A DNA stretch of 64,000 nucleotides from an uncultured Verrucomicrobia subdivision 3 bacterium (GCA_903878805.1 CAIRJF010000030.1:5873-69872), one strand, 5' to 3'. Positions 1-9,849 are shown, counted from the stretch's first letter. Numbers and translations: made by a program. The notes: a model not told the origin generated them from the sequence alone.

Positions 1-499
1 GCCAGAGCGCTTCCAAAACTTCGTCGGGATTTTCCCATTGCTGCGTGAGCCGCGACATCTGGTTCAGCACCGCGCGGCGTTTGGCCTCGGTCGGATGCGC
101 GGTCAGCACCGGTTCGACTTCGAGTTCGTTCAAAACGGCCTGCAATTGTTTTTCCGAGACACCCGCCGACTTCAATTCGCGGAAGAGGTGCGTCAATGAC
201 ATTGGCGCAATTTTTTTGGAAGTAAGATTGCGTTCCCGTGCGCGTTCCTCGCAAAGGTTCACGAGCTGGAAAAACAAACTGAAAGCGTGCGCGAGCTGAT
301 ACGCTTCCTTGGTGTCGAGGCGGTCGAGGATGGATTGCCCAGTCTTGAGGCTAGTCTCGCTGCCGAAATGGCGCGCGCGCTTGGACAATTTGCGGACAGT
401 GTCCAGGTGGCTGAAAACTTTTTTACCCGCCTGTTCCAAAATGATTTTGTCCAGGCGGCCGACCAGTTGCTTGATTTCTCCTTTCAGAAATTTGCTCAT
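1..499 (-). CDS. ppc: phosphoenolpyruvate carboxylase, N-terminal part (gene continues beyond window start)
   Basis: Own translation of the minus strand; it is absent from the ORF track because it runs off the window. ATG at 499..497 gives MSKFLKGEIKQLVGRLDKIILEQAGKKVFSHLDTVRKLSKRARHFG...AHAFSLFFQLVNLCEERARE...VLTAHPTEAKRRAVLNQ. TAHPTE and FFQLVN..EE are PEPC signatures. An in-frame stop lies just upstream of the ATG (518-520). Confidence 0.85.
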   Translation of the reverse strand, partial: MSKFLKGEIKQLVGRLDKIILEQAGKKVFSHLDTVRKLSKRARHFGSETSLKTGQSILDRLDTKEAYQLAHAFSLFFQLVNLCEERARERNLTSKKIAPMSLTHLFRELKSAGVSEKQLQAVLNELEVEPVLTAHPTEAKRRAVLNQMSRLTQQWENPDEVLEALW

Positions 500-616
500 G
501 CGCGCGGATTGAATAATTCAAGAATGGAAATGGCGCAAGCCTCGACTTTCATACGGAAAATGCGCCGCCGCCAAATCCTGCTCGACGCCCCCGCCCTTCG
601 CGGCTAATTTGCCGCC

Positions 617-1852
617 ATGTCAAAAGATTCTCCGGTGCCGCAGAACAAAATCAACCTGCGGCGTCCCGACATCATGGAAGCCGTGCAGGCGCAGGTTTTG
701 TCGCATTACCGCAGCGAAATTGTCGAGAGCATCCGCGCCAACGGCGGCGTGCTTTCCGCCGACGGCCTGACGGTCAAGCTGGCCAAGGAGTTCGGCTTCT
801 GCTACGGCGTCGAGCGCGCGATTGATTTGGCTTACGCCGCCAAAAAATATTTTTCCGATGTGTCGCCACACACGCCGATTTATCTGCTTGGCGAAATTAT
901 TCATAATCCGGAAGTAAACGATCAGATCCGCAACATGGGCATCCAGATTATTTCGCCCAAGCCGACGGATGAAGAATTGGAAGGCTTGCAATCGGGCGAC
1001 GCCGTGATTATTCCCGCGTTCGGCACGGAAGTCAGCACGCGTAAAAAACTCGAAGCGAAAGGCTGCGCCCTCGTGGACACGACGTGCGGCGACGTGATGA
1101 GCGTCTGGAAACGCGTCCGTCAATATTCGAAGGAACACGTCACCAGCATCATTCACGGCAAGGCCAAGCACGAGGAAACCAAGGCGACGACATCGCAGGC
1201 GCGCGCGTATGGCAGCGGACATTATCTCGTCGTCTTCAACTTGGCGGAAACGGATTACGTCTGTAATTACATTCTGCACGGCGGCGACAAGGATGAGTTC
1301 CTGAAGAAATTTGATGGCGCGTATTCTGCCGGCTTCGATCCGGATTTACATTTGCAAGCCGTCGGCGTGGCGAATCAAACCACGATGTTGCGCGGTGAAA
1401 CGGAAGAAGTTCAGCGCCGTTTCAAGGCCGTCATGGAAAAAAAGCACGGTGCGGAAAAAGTCCCGCAACATTTCCGGTTCTTCGACACGATTTGCGGCGC
1501 GACGCAAGATCGTCAGGACGCGCTGGAAAAAATGCTTTTGACGCCGCCGAATCTGCTCATCGTCATCGGCGGCTATAATTCTTCCAACACGTCGCACCTC
1601 GCGGAAATGGGCGAAGCCAAATTGCCGACTTACTTCATCAAGAACGCCGCGAAGATGCAGTCGGACAAACTAATCGTGCATTACAATCAGCACAAAAAAG
1701 AAGAAGTCGAAACGCGCGACTGGTTGCCGGCCGGCAACATCACCGTCGGCATCACCGCCGGCGCGAGTTGCCCGAACAATTTAATCGAAGACACCATCCG
1801 CCGCCTGTTTGAACTGCGTGGCATTTCGGTTGCCGAGTTGTTGAAAAAATAA
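617..1852 (+). CDS. ispH: 4-hydroxy-3-methylbut-2-enyl diphosphate reductase (long form)
   Basis: 411-aa ORF with the three IspH/LytB cluster-Cys contexts (FGFCYGVERAI, VDTTCGDV, FDTICGATQDRQ) and SSNTSHL. The N-terminal extension YRSEIVESIRANGGVL...VKLAKEFGFC resembles the cyanobacterial/plant-type enzyme as I remember it. Confidence 0.9.
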   Translation: MSKDSPVPQNKINLRRPDIMEAVQAQVLSHYRSEIVESIRANGGVLSADGLTVKLAKEFGFCYGVERAIDLAYAAKKYFSDVSPHTPIYLLGEIIHNPEVNDQIRNMGIQIISPKPTDEELEGLQSGDAVIIPAFGTEVSTRKKLEAKGCALVDTTCGDVMSVWKRVRQYSKEHVTSIIHGKAKHEETKATTSQARAYGSGHYLVVFNLAETDYVCNYILHGGDKDEFLKKFDGAYSAGFDPDLHLQAVGVANQTTMLRGETEEVQRRFKAVMEKKHGAEKVPQHFRFFDTICGATQDRQDALEKMLLTPPNLLIVIGGYNSSNTSHLAEMGEAKLPTYFIKNAAKMQSDKLIVHYNQHKKEEVETRDWLPAGNITVGITAGASCPNNLIEDTIRRLFELRGISVAELLKK

Positions 1853-1863
1853 TTTTACCCGCC

Positions 1864-3021
1864 ATGCCACGCACGCGTCTAGAACTTGAAAATTTTGAAC
1901 GCCAGTTTCTCGCGCCTTACGCGCAGTTCAGCGGCGACACACGCGGGCGTAAATATAAAGAGTCTCCGCCCGTCTGGCGCACGCAATACCAGCGCGATCG
2001 TGATCGCGTCATCCATTCACGCGCCTTTCGCCGCCTCGAATACAAGACGCAAGTTTTCTTGAACGGCACGGGCGACCACCTACGCACGCGGCTGACGCAC
2101 ACGATGGAAGTTGCCGCAATTTCCCGTAACATTGCCAGCGCGCTGCGGCTGAACACCGATCTCGCGGAAACCATCGCGCTCGCGCACGACCTTGGCCATT
2201 CACCGTTCGGTCATAAAGGTGAAACTGTCCTCGCGCGTTTGATGAAGGGCAAAGGCGGCTTCGAACACAACCAACACAGCCTCCGCATCGTCGAGGAACT
2301 CGAACAAAAATATCCAAAATTTTCCGGCCTGAATCTCTCGTGGGAAGTTCGTGAAGGTCTGGCAAAACATCACACCGCCTACGACCATCCGAGCAAACGC
2401 AAGGGCTTTGACGCGAAAAACTCTTCACTGGAAGCACAGATTGCGAACCTTGCAGATGAAATTACTTACTACAGTCACGATCTCGACGATGGTTTGGATT
2501 CCGGCTTGTTGTCCGAAAAGGAATTGACCAAAAATGTCCGCGTCTGGGCGCACGCGGCAAAGCTCGTTAGAAAAGAATTCGGAAATCTGGCGGATGAATC
2601 GCGGCGCTACTTCACCATTCGCACCATTATCGATATGCAGATTCGTGATGTCGTGGAGACCAGCGAACAGCTCATTCAAAAAGCCTGCGTGAAATCCGCC
2701 GATGACGTGCGCTTGTGCGTCAAACCGCTGGTGCAGCACAGCGCGGGACGCGCCAAGCTGAATCTCGAACTGCGCCACTATCTCTACAAAAATCTTTATT
2801 ACAACCCCGTCGTGCATCAGCCCAATTTGCGCGCGGTTAAATTGCTCGGGCAACTTTTTAAATACTTTCTTGCCCAACCGAAAGAGATCGGCGAAAGCTC
2901 GCGCAAACGCATCAAAAAATTTGGCCTTCACCGCGCCGTGTGCGATTATATCGCCGGTATGACCGACCGTTATGTGATGCTGGAATGCGAACGGCTCTTC
3001 GGCAAAAGTTTTGAACTTTAA
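1864..3021 (+). CDS. dGTPase-family HD-domain deoxynucleoside triphosphate triphosphohydrolase
   Basis: 385-aa ORF with HSRAFRRLEYKTQVF, RLTHTMEV, HDLGHSPFGH and a C-terminal DYIAGMTDRY, all typical of the Dgt family. Confidence 0.85.
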   Translation: MPRTRLELENFERQFLAPYAQFSGDTRGRKYKESPPVWRTQYQRDRDRVIHSRAFRRLEYKTQVFLNGTGDHLRTRLTHTMEVAAISRNIASALRLNTDLAETIALAHDLGHSPFGHKGETVLARLMKGKGGFEHNQHSLRIVEELEQKYPKFSGLNLSWEVREGLAKHHTAYDHPSKRKGFDAKNSSLEAQIANLADEITYYSHDLDDGLDSGLLSEKELTKNVRVWAHAAKLVRKEFGNLADESRRYFTIRTIIDMQIRDVVETSEQLIQKACVKSADDVRLCVKPLVQHSAGRAKLNLELRHYLYKNLYYNPVVHQPNLRAVKLLGQLFKYFLAQPKEIGESSRKRIKKFGLHRAVCDYIAGMTDRYVMLECERLFGKSFEL

Positions 3022-3024
3022 TTT

Positions 3025-5142
3025 ATGCGTTGCCTACCGATCGGTCTTTGCCTAATGACGTCCATTATTTTTGCCGTCGCCGCCAACACAAAACCCACCG
3101 CGCTGGCAGATTTTCAGAAAGCCGCCGCCAAATTCAATTCCATCGTCACCATCCCAATCTTCGAAACCACAACGAACGAAGTTGCGGCGACGGTCGCTAA
3201 GACCATTGCCGACGGCAATGCCGCTTTGGATAACATCGGCAAACTTACCGCGGCACAAATCAATTTCACCAACACGTTCATCGCTCTGGATGATGTGAAT
3301 TTTCTTATCGGTCGCACCGCTGACCGGCTTTCGCTCATCGAGCAAACCAGCACGAACGCCGATGTGCGGGACGCCGCCACCGACGCCATCAAAAAGATTT
3401 CAGAGTGGTCCGTTGGCCTTGATTATCGCGAAGACGTCTATCGCGCGCTAAAAACTTTTGCGGAAACAAAACCCAGTCTTGCCGGCGAAGACAAAAAACT
3501 TTTGGACGACACGTTGCGGGATTATCGCCGTGCCGGATTGGATTTGCCAAAGGATCAGCGCGACACGGTGGAAAAATTGCGCAAGGAACTCACCGCGTTG
3601 GAAACAGATTTTGAAAATAATGTCACGAAGGCGCACGCGGAATTAAATTTTTCCAAAGCCGAACTTGCTGGCGTGCCGGAAGAATTTTTATCGCAGCAAG
3701 GCATCAAGACCGGCGCGGACGAATACACCCTCAAGCCCAACATCACGTTTCATTACATCATGGTCGAGGACAACGCGAAGCTTGAAGCGACGCGTCGCCG
3801 CATGATGACGGCGCAGTGCAATCTCGCGCGTGGAGCGAACATTCCCCTGCTCCAAAAAATTCTCGTTTTGCGCGACACGATTGCGACCAAACTCGGCTAC
3901 GCGAGCTACGCCGACTACGCCACGGAAACGCGCATGGTTAAAAATGCAGCCACGGCAATTTCCTTTCTGCAAAATCTCAAAACCGGTTTGCAGCCAAAAT
4001 ACGATGCCGAGCTGAAAGAGTTTCGCGATTTGAAAATCGCCGAGACGGGCGACACGAATACCATCGTCAACGCGTGGGATTGGCGCTATTACGCGAACCA
4101 GCTCAAGAAAACGAAATACAACGTGGATGCCGAACAATTGCGCGTTTATTTCCCATATCAAAATGTGCTGAACGGAATGTTCGCGATTTATCAGCGCATC
4201 TTTGGTTTGAAATTTGAGCGCGTCGAAGCGCCTTACAAGTGGATTGGCGACTTGCAACTTTACACCGTGTCCGACGCAAAAACGGGCGAGCCGATGGGCT
4301 TGTTCTATCTCGACATGTTTCCGCGCGACGGCAAATACAATCACTTCGCGCAGTTCGGCATCATCGAAGGAAAACTTCTGCCGGATGGAAAATATCAGCG
4401 GCCAGTTTGCTGCCTCGTCTGCAACTTTCCACCGCCGCAACCGGACAAGCCATCGTTGCTTTCGCATGATGAAGTGGAAACCATTTTCCATGAATTCGGT
4501 CACGCGATGCACACGATTCTGACGCGCGCCAAATACTCGCGCTTCTCCGGCACCAGCGTCCCGCAGGATTTTGTCGAAGCGCCGTCCCAGATGCTGGAAA
4601 ACTGGCCATGGGACAAAAAAGTTCTGGATAGTTTCGCTGCCGATTACCGCGACCCAAAGAAAAAAATTCCGGCCGAGGTGCTCGCGCAATTGAAAACTGC
4701 TCGGTTCGCGACTGAAGCCACGCGCTATCGCCGGCAACTTTCATTCGGCCTGATGGATTTGACATTACACACGCAAATCCATGCGACAAATGCGGACGAT
4801 GTAGTTCCGCTCTCCAACAAAATTTTGAGCGACGTCTCGTTTCCGGTGGTGCCGGACACGGCATTTGTCGCGTATTTCGGCCACATCATCGGCTACGGCG
4901 CGGGCTATTACGGCTACGCGTGGGCGGATGCGATTGCGGCGGACATGGCGACGAGCTTCGAAAATTCGCCCGACGGATTTTTTGACAAGGTCACCGGCAT
5001 GCGGATGCGGAATGAGATTTACGCCGTCGGCGATTCGCGCGACATCAACATCTCCATCGAAAGATTCCTTGGCCGCCCACGTTCGCTCGAACCGTTCCTC
5101 AAACGCATCGGCGTGAAGACAGCGAACGCGCCTTCAAGGTAA
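3025..5142 (+). CDS. secreted M3-family zinc metallopeptidase (oligopeptidase A / Dcp-like)
   Basis: 705-aa ORF with a hydrophobic N-terminal signal (MRCLPIGLCLMTSIIFAVAA), the HEFGHAMH zinc motif and downstream ..EAPSQMLENW.. typical of M3 peptidases. Confidence 0.85.
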   Translation: MRCLPIGLCLMTSIIFAVAANTKPTALADFQKAAAKFNSIVTIPIFETTTNEVAATVAKTIADGNAALDNIGKLTAAQINFTNTFIALDDVNFLIGRTADRLSLIEQTSTNADVRDAATDAIKKISEWSVGLDYREDVYRALKTFAETKPSLAGEDKKLLDDTLRDYRRAGLDLPKDQRDTVEKLRKELTALETDFENNVTKAHAELNFSKAELAGVPEEFLSQQGIKTGADEYTLKPNITFHYIMVEDNAKLEATRRRMMTAQCNLARGANIPLLQKILVLRDTIATKLGYASYADYATETRMVKNAATAISFLQNLKTGLQPKYDAELKEFRDLKIAETGDTNTIVNAWDWRYYANQLKKTKYNVDAEQLRVYFPYQNVLNGMFAIYQRIFGLKFERVEAPYKWIGDLQLYTVSDAKTGEPMGLFYLDMFPRDGKYNHFAQFGIIEGKLLPDGKYQRPVCCLVCNFPPPQPDKPSLLSHDEVETIFHEFGHAMHTILTRAKYSRFSGTSVPQDFVEAPSQMLENWPWDKKVLDSFAADYRDPKKKIPAEVLAQLKTARFATEATRYRRQLSFGLMDLTLHTQIHATNADDVVPLSNKILSDVSFPVVPDTAFVAYFGHIIGYGAGYYGYAWADAIAADMATSFENSPDGFFDKVTGMRMRNEIYAVGDSRDINISIERFLGRPRSLEPFLKRIGVKTANAPSR

Positions 5143-5239
5143 TTTGGCGCGTAAAATCAAATGCCACCGTGTTTTCCGGGGCGGTTCATTTTGATTTCTA
5201 AATTTGAAACCGCGTTCGGCTTCCGGTAAAATCTCTGCG

Positions 5240-5854
5240 ATGAAAAGCAAACTGCTGCTCGCCGTGATTTTCGGGACGACGTTCGCGTTGTCGCGCATTC
5301 CCGGTTTGCTGCCGCCCAATTTCAGCGTGGCGTATGCGTTTGCTTTTTGCGCGGGCGTTTATTTTTCCGGCGCGCTGGCGTGGATTTTGCCGCTCGGTGT
5401 GATGCTCGTGACGGATGTGTCGCTCAATTTGTTTTACTACCACGAGCCGCCATTCGCGACTTATCTGCTACTGAATTATGCGATTTATGCGCTGTTGATC
5501 GGCCTCGGAAAATTATTCGGGCGCAAAGCCTCGCTGTTCAAATTGGTTTTGGGCGGACTGACCGGCGCCGTTATTTTTTACATCGTGACGAACACGTTGT
5601 CGTGGTTGCAGGACGCCGCCTACACCAAAACCTTTGCTGGCTGGATTCAGGCGCTGACACTTGGCCGGCCGGACTGGCATCCGACGACTTGGGAAATGTT
5701 CCGCAACACGCTTTTGAGCGGCGGCTTGTTCACCGCGCTTTTTGCCGCCGCGGAAAAACTCACCGCCGAATCGCCCGCCGAAAAAACTGCGGGCGCGCGC
5801 GAACCGGCAGCGGAAGGTAAAACTGAAGCTGAACCGGAGGAAGCCAAGGCTTGA
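5240..5854 (+). CDS. polytopic membrane protein of unknown function with acidic/Ala-rich C-terminal tail
   Basis: The ORF track frame is 5204..5854. The likely start is MKSKLLLAVIFG at 5240. It has about 5 hydrophobic segments and the tail AESPAEKTAGAREPAAEGKTEAEPEEAKA. No family recognised with confidence. Confidence 0.6.
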   Translation: MKSKLLLAVIFGTTFALSRIPGLLPPNFSVAYAFAFCAGVYFSGALAWILPLGVMLVTDVSLNLFYYHEPPFATYLLLNYAIYALLIGLGKLFGRKASLFKLVLGGLTGAVIFYIVTNTLSWLQDAAYTKTFAGWIQALTLGRPDWHPTTWEMFRNTLLSGGLFTALFAAAEKLTAESPAEKTAGAREPAAEGKTEAEPEEAKA

Positions 5855-6312
5855 AAATAGGCGTCATTTCCGACACGCACGGCTGGCTCGACCCGCGCGT
5901 GGAAAAAATCTTTGCCGGCGTGGAGCACATTTTACACGCGGGCGACATCGGCAATCCGGTGATCGAACTGGAGTTGAAATTCATCGCGCCCGTCACCGTC
6001 GTGCAAGGCAATGTGGATGTCGGCCTGCCGTTCAAGCTCACGGAAATCGTGACGCTCGCGGAGAAAAAATTTCTCGTGCATCACATCACGAATCCGTGGG
6101 CGTTGTCGGAAACCCTCGAACAACAGATTCGCCAGCAAAAGCCGGACGCCGTGATTTTTGGCCACACGCACAAGCCGTTTGCGCAGATGGTGGACGGCAT
6201 TTTTTATTTCAATCCCGGTTACGCGGGCAAGCCCAAGTTCGGCGCGGAACGCAGCCTGGCGATTTTGCATCTGGACAGAAAAGAAATCCGGCATGAGTTT
6301 ATCCCGCTTTAA
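5851..6312 (+). CDS. YfcE/MJ0936-type metallophosphoesterase
   Basis: 153 aa with MKIGVISDTHG, HAGD, GNVD, ..GHTH.. metallophosphoesterase motifs. The TTG start overlaps the upstream stop (TTGA). Confidence 0.8.
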   Translation: MKIGVISDTHGWLDPRVEKIFAGVEHILHAGDIGNPVIELELKFIAPVTVVQGNVDVGLPFKLTEIVTLAEKKFLVHHITNPWALSETLEQQIRQQKPDAVIFGHTHKPFAQMVDGIFYFNPGYAGKPKFGAERSLAILHLDRKEIRHEFIPL

Positions 6313-6316
6313 TTGA

Positions 6317-6420
6317 GCCACAGATTTACACAGATGAAACACAGATAAAATCCTGTGCTCATAGGCGCGAACTGTGAAAAGTCTCTTCCCATCTGTGTTT
6401 CATCTGTGTCCATCTGTGGC
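6317..6420. repeat. imperfect palindromic element (two 30-nt inverted arms, ~44-nt spacer) between convergent genes
   Basis: The left arm is gccacagatttacacagatgaaacacagat (6317-6346). The reverse complement of the right arm (6391-6420) is gccacagatggacacagatgaaacacagat, so 28 of 30 positions pair. The right arm supplies the last codons (..ATDGHR*) of the 6400..9849 gene. Confidence 0.65.
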
Positions 6421-9400
6421 TGAAAACTTTTGAGCAAGTTCTTTCACGCCGCGCAAATCAAGTTTGCCCGTGCCGCGCATCGGAAAATTTTCCACGCGGT
6501 AAAACGCATCCGCTTTCGGCTTCCACAAATTCGGCAGATCGCTGGCGGCAAATTTTTCCAGCACCACGGCAAGTTCCGCGTCCGGCAGCTTGTGCAGCAC
6601 GACGAGCCGTTCGCCCTTTTTTTCATCCGGCACGCCGATGACGACGAAAGTTTGCTCCGCCACGCCCGCGAGTTCTTGTAATTTTTCCTCAATCTTCAAC
6701 TGCGGAACCATCTCGCCGCCGATTTTACTGAAGCGGTTCAGTCGTCCGGTGATTTGCAAAAAACCGTCGTCGTCGAGCATCGCCACGTCGCCGGTGCAAT
6801 ACCAGCCGTCGCGCAATACTTCCGCCGTTTTTTCCGGCTGATTGAGGTAGCCGAGCATGAGGTTGGGCCCGCGCACGAGCAGCATTCCCGCCTCGCCGGG
6901 CGGCAGGATTTTTCCGCCCCACGGATTTTCCGCGTCGGTGATGCGCACGCACATTCCGGGCACGGGCTGGCCGATTTTTCCGTGCTTGCCGCCGACCTGA
7001 TAAAATCCGGTGGCGCGATAATCCCAAGTGTTCACGGCCACGGCGGGCGAACATTCCGTGCAGCCGTAACCTTCAAACGGGCGGATGCCAAAGCGCGCCT
7101 CGAACGCGGCGGCGAGCGGTTCGGGCAATTTTTCCGCGCCGGTGACGACGAGTTTAAGTCCGCCAAAATCTTCCGGCGCGACGCCGCGCAGATAGATTTG
7201 CAGAAAGGTCGCGGTGGCGAGCAGCACGGTGACTTTGTTTTCGCGCACCATCGCGCCCACGCCTTTCGCGTCGAGTGGATTCGGATAAAACGCGACGCCG
7301 GTGCCGAGCACAATCGGCAGGCACAGCGTGACCGTAAAACCAAACGAATGAAAAAACGGCAGGATGCCGAGCAACCGCTGGTTTTCGTCGAGCGCGATGA
7401 CTTCGCCGCACTGCTGGATGTTCGCGAGCAAATTGAATTGCGAAAGCATGACGCCCTTCGGTTCGCCGGTGCTACCGCTGGAAAAAATAATCGTGGCAAG
7501 ATCGTCCATGCCGGTGCGCGCGGAGCCAAAAATCTTTTCCAACAAAATGGCGGGCGCAAATTTAGCGAGAAGAAACGCGGCAATCTTTTCCGACAACGAC
7601 GGTTTCGCGGCTAGATCTTCGAGGAAAATGATTTCGCCGGGCGGCGTCAGTTTGATTTTCTCCAGAAATTTTCGCGAACTGATGATGGTCTTGATTTCGC
7701 ATTGTTTTACGCAGTCGGCGAGCGTGGTTTCAGAGAGGGTGTAATTCAGATTCACCGGCACTTTGCCGCAGAAAAACGCGGCGTAATTCACGAGCGCACC
7801 GGGCACGCTTGGCGGTAGATAAATTCCAACCATGCGCTGGCCGTGCCAAGTTTTTTTCAGGCGACGAGCAAGAAAAATAGTTTTCGCCAACGCGCTGCCA
7901 AAATTTATTTTACTGCTAACCGTATCGGCAAAAGCGAAGCGAAACGGATGTTGCCGCGCCATGGAAATCAAGTTGCGATGAAGCGGTTGCATTTGCTCGC
8001 GACGCAATGACCACGCGGCGACTTGCAATTCCTGCACGGCTTCGCGCACGGCGAACGGCGTGGTGGTGGGCGGCAGCGGCGCACCGAAACTTACGGTGAC
8101 CGGATGCGGCAGGCGCGAGGTGATGAGATGAATGAATTTTCCACGACGGTAACTCATCGGCCCACCGAGCACGCCGTCGAGCGCAACGGGAATGATGGGT
8201 GCGTCCACGTTTTTCATGATGTGCTCGATGCCGCGACGGAACGGCAGGAGCTGGCCGATACGCGTGATTTGTCCCTCGGCAAAAATACAGACGACTTCGC
8301 CGTTGCGAATCGCATCGGTCGCCGTCTTCAAGGCGGTTAGCAACTCGCGCGGACGTTGTTCGGATGAAACCGGAATGGTGTTCCAAATTTTCGCGAACGG
8401 TTTTATCCACGGTTTTTCATAGATGTCTTTGAACATCAAAAAGCGGATGGGCCGATCAGTTGAGGCGATGAGCAGCAGCGCGTCAGCAAAGGAAACGTGG
8501 TTGCAGACGAAGAGCGCGCCGCCTTTTTCAGGAATGTAGTCGCGACCAACGATGCGCGAGCGATAGATGGAATGCGTGATGCACCACAAAACGAGCCGCA
8601 GCAGAGCATCCGGCATTAGCGCAAGCAGATAAATCGCGGCGGCCAGCGACAGGCCGGCGATAACCAGAAAAATTTGCGGCGGCGACAATTTTAGAACCGT
8701 TGTAAGCAGACCAAAAACGACGGAGGCAAGCGCGATGCCGATGAATGAAATCAAATTGGCCGCCGCGAGGACGCCGCCCTTTTGCTCGCGCGCCGGACGG
8801 TATTGCAGCAACGCGGAAATCGGCACGATGTAAAAGCCGCCAAAAAAACCGAGCGTGGAAAGATTGAGCGCGACACCAGCAAAGGAAATTCCGGTGCGCC
8901 CGAGCAGTGCGGCGCTAATGGTCAGGCCGATGGCGCCGAATGGAATCAATCCGGTTTCGATTTTTCCGGCGGAGGCGAAGCCTGCCAGCAGACAGCCCGA
9001 ACCGATGCCGATGGCCGTGGCTGCCTGCAGATAACTGGTCTGCGCGGGATCATTGATGTTCATCACGTCCTTGGCGTAAATGACGATGACGAACTGAATC
9101 AACGCAGCGATAAAGAAAAAGTAAGTATTGCCGATGAGCGCGAGCCAAAGCGGACGATCGCGGCGGATGATTTTGATTTGTGTCCACAAGTCAGCCACAA
9201 AATTGGCGCGGAATTTTTTCTGCGGATCAGGAGCGGGAACCTTGGTGATTTGCTGGCCGGTCACGAGGCCGACCAGCGCCAGCGCGATGAGGATGACGCC
9301 CGACCACGCGGGCTGGGCTGAAAAGATTTTGCATCCGATGCCGCCCGCGACCGTGCCGCCGATGATGGCGACGAAGGTGGTGAATTCCAAAATGCCGTTG

Positions 9401-9849
9401 CCCCACGAAAGTTTTTTCTCCGGCAGCAATTCCGGCAAGAGGCCGTATTTTGACGGGCCAAAGATCGCACTGTGGACGCCCATCAGAAACACGCAGAAAA
9501 TAGTCAGGTAAAGCCGGTGGCCACCAAGACTGACGAGGGCGAGAAGCATCACGAAGATTTCAAAAGTTTTCACGCCAAGGATGACGCGGCGTTTGCTGAA
9601 GCGGTCGGCAAGAAAACCGCCGGCCATGGAAAATAAAATGAACGGCACGGCGAATAGTGAACCGACGACCGTGACGAGCGAGTCGCGTTCAGTAGCCGAG
9701 GAAATCGTTTGGGTGATGAGAAAAATGGCGAGCCACTTGAGCGCGTTGTCGCTGAACGCGCCCTGAAACTGCGTTATGATGAGCGCCCAGAAACCGCGCT
9801 GGCTGGCTGGCGGATGACTGGCGGCGGATGATGGATTTGGCTTAATCAC
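6400..9849 (-). CDS. aas: triple fusion: LplT-like MFS lysophospholipid transporter + PlsC-type acyltransferase + acyl-ACP synthetase (Aas-like)
   Basis: 1149-aa ORF with a GTG start. The N-terminal ~420 aa form about 12 TM segments (MFS). The middle carries CNHVSFADALLL (the HX4D acyltransferase motif) and FAEGQITR. The C-terminal half carries AMP-binding motifs IIFSSGSTGEPKGV, GYGCTE, TGD and GGEMV. Confidence 0.85.
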   Translation of the reverse strand: MIKPNPSSAASHPPASQRGFWALIITQFQGAFSDNALKWLAIFLITQTISSATERDSLVTVVGSLFAVPFILFSMAGGFLADRFSKRRVILGVKTFEIFVMLLALVSLGGHRLYLTIFCVFLMGVHSAIFGPSKYGLLPELLPEKKLSWGNGILEFTTFVAIIGGTVAGGIGCKIFSAQPAWSGVILIALALVGLVTGQQITKVPAPDPQKKFRANFVADLWTQIKIIRRDRPLWLALIGNTYFFFIAALIQFVIVIYAKDVMNINDPAQTSYLQAATAIGIGSGCLLAGFASAGKIETGLIPFGAIGLTISAALLGRTGISFAGVALNLSTLGFFGGFYIVPISALLQYRPAREQKGGVLAAANLISFIGIALASVVFGLLTTVLKLSPPQIFLVIAGLSLAAAIYLLALMPDALLRLVLWCITHSIYRSRIVGRDYIPEKGGALFVCNHVSFADALLLIASTDRPIRFLMFKDIYEKPWIKPFAKIWNTIPVSSEQRPRELLTALKTATDAIRNGEVVCIFAEGQITRIGQLLPFRRGIEHIMKNVDAPIIPVALDGVLGGPMSYRRGKFIHLITSRLPHPVTVSFGAPLPPTTTPFAVREAVQELQVAAWSLRREQMQPLHRNLISMARQHPFRFAFADTVSSKINFGSALAKTIFLARRLKKTWHGQRMVGIYLPPSVPGALVNYAAFFCGKVPVNLNYTLSETTLADCVKQCEIKTIISSRKFLEKIKLTPPGEIIFLEDLAAKPSLSEKIAAFLLAKFAPAILLEKIFGSARTGMDDLATIIFSSGSTGEPKGVMLSQFNLLANIQQCGEVIALDENQRLLGILPFFHSFGFTVTLCLPIVLGTGVAFYPNPLDAKGVGAMVRENKVTVLLATATFLQIYLRGVAPEDFGGLKLVVTGAEKLPEPLAAAFEARFGIRPFEGYGCTECSPAVAVNTWDYRATGFYQVGGKHGKIGQPVPGMCVRITDAENPWGGKILPPGEAGMLLVRGPNLMLGYLNQPEKTAEVLRDGWYCTGDVAMLDDDGFLQITGRLNRFSKIGGEMVPQLKIEEKLQELAGVAEQTFVVIGVPDEKKGERLVVLHKLPDAELAVVLEKFAASDLPNLWKPKADAFYRVENFPMRGTGKLDLRGVKELAQKFSATDGHR

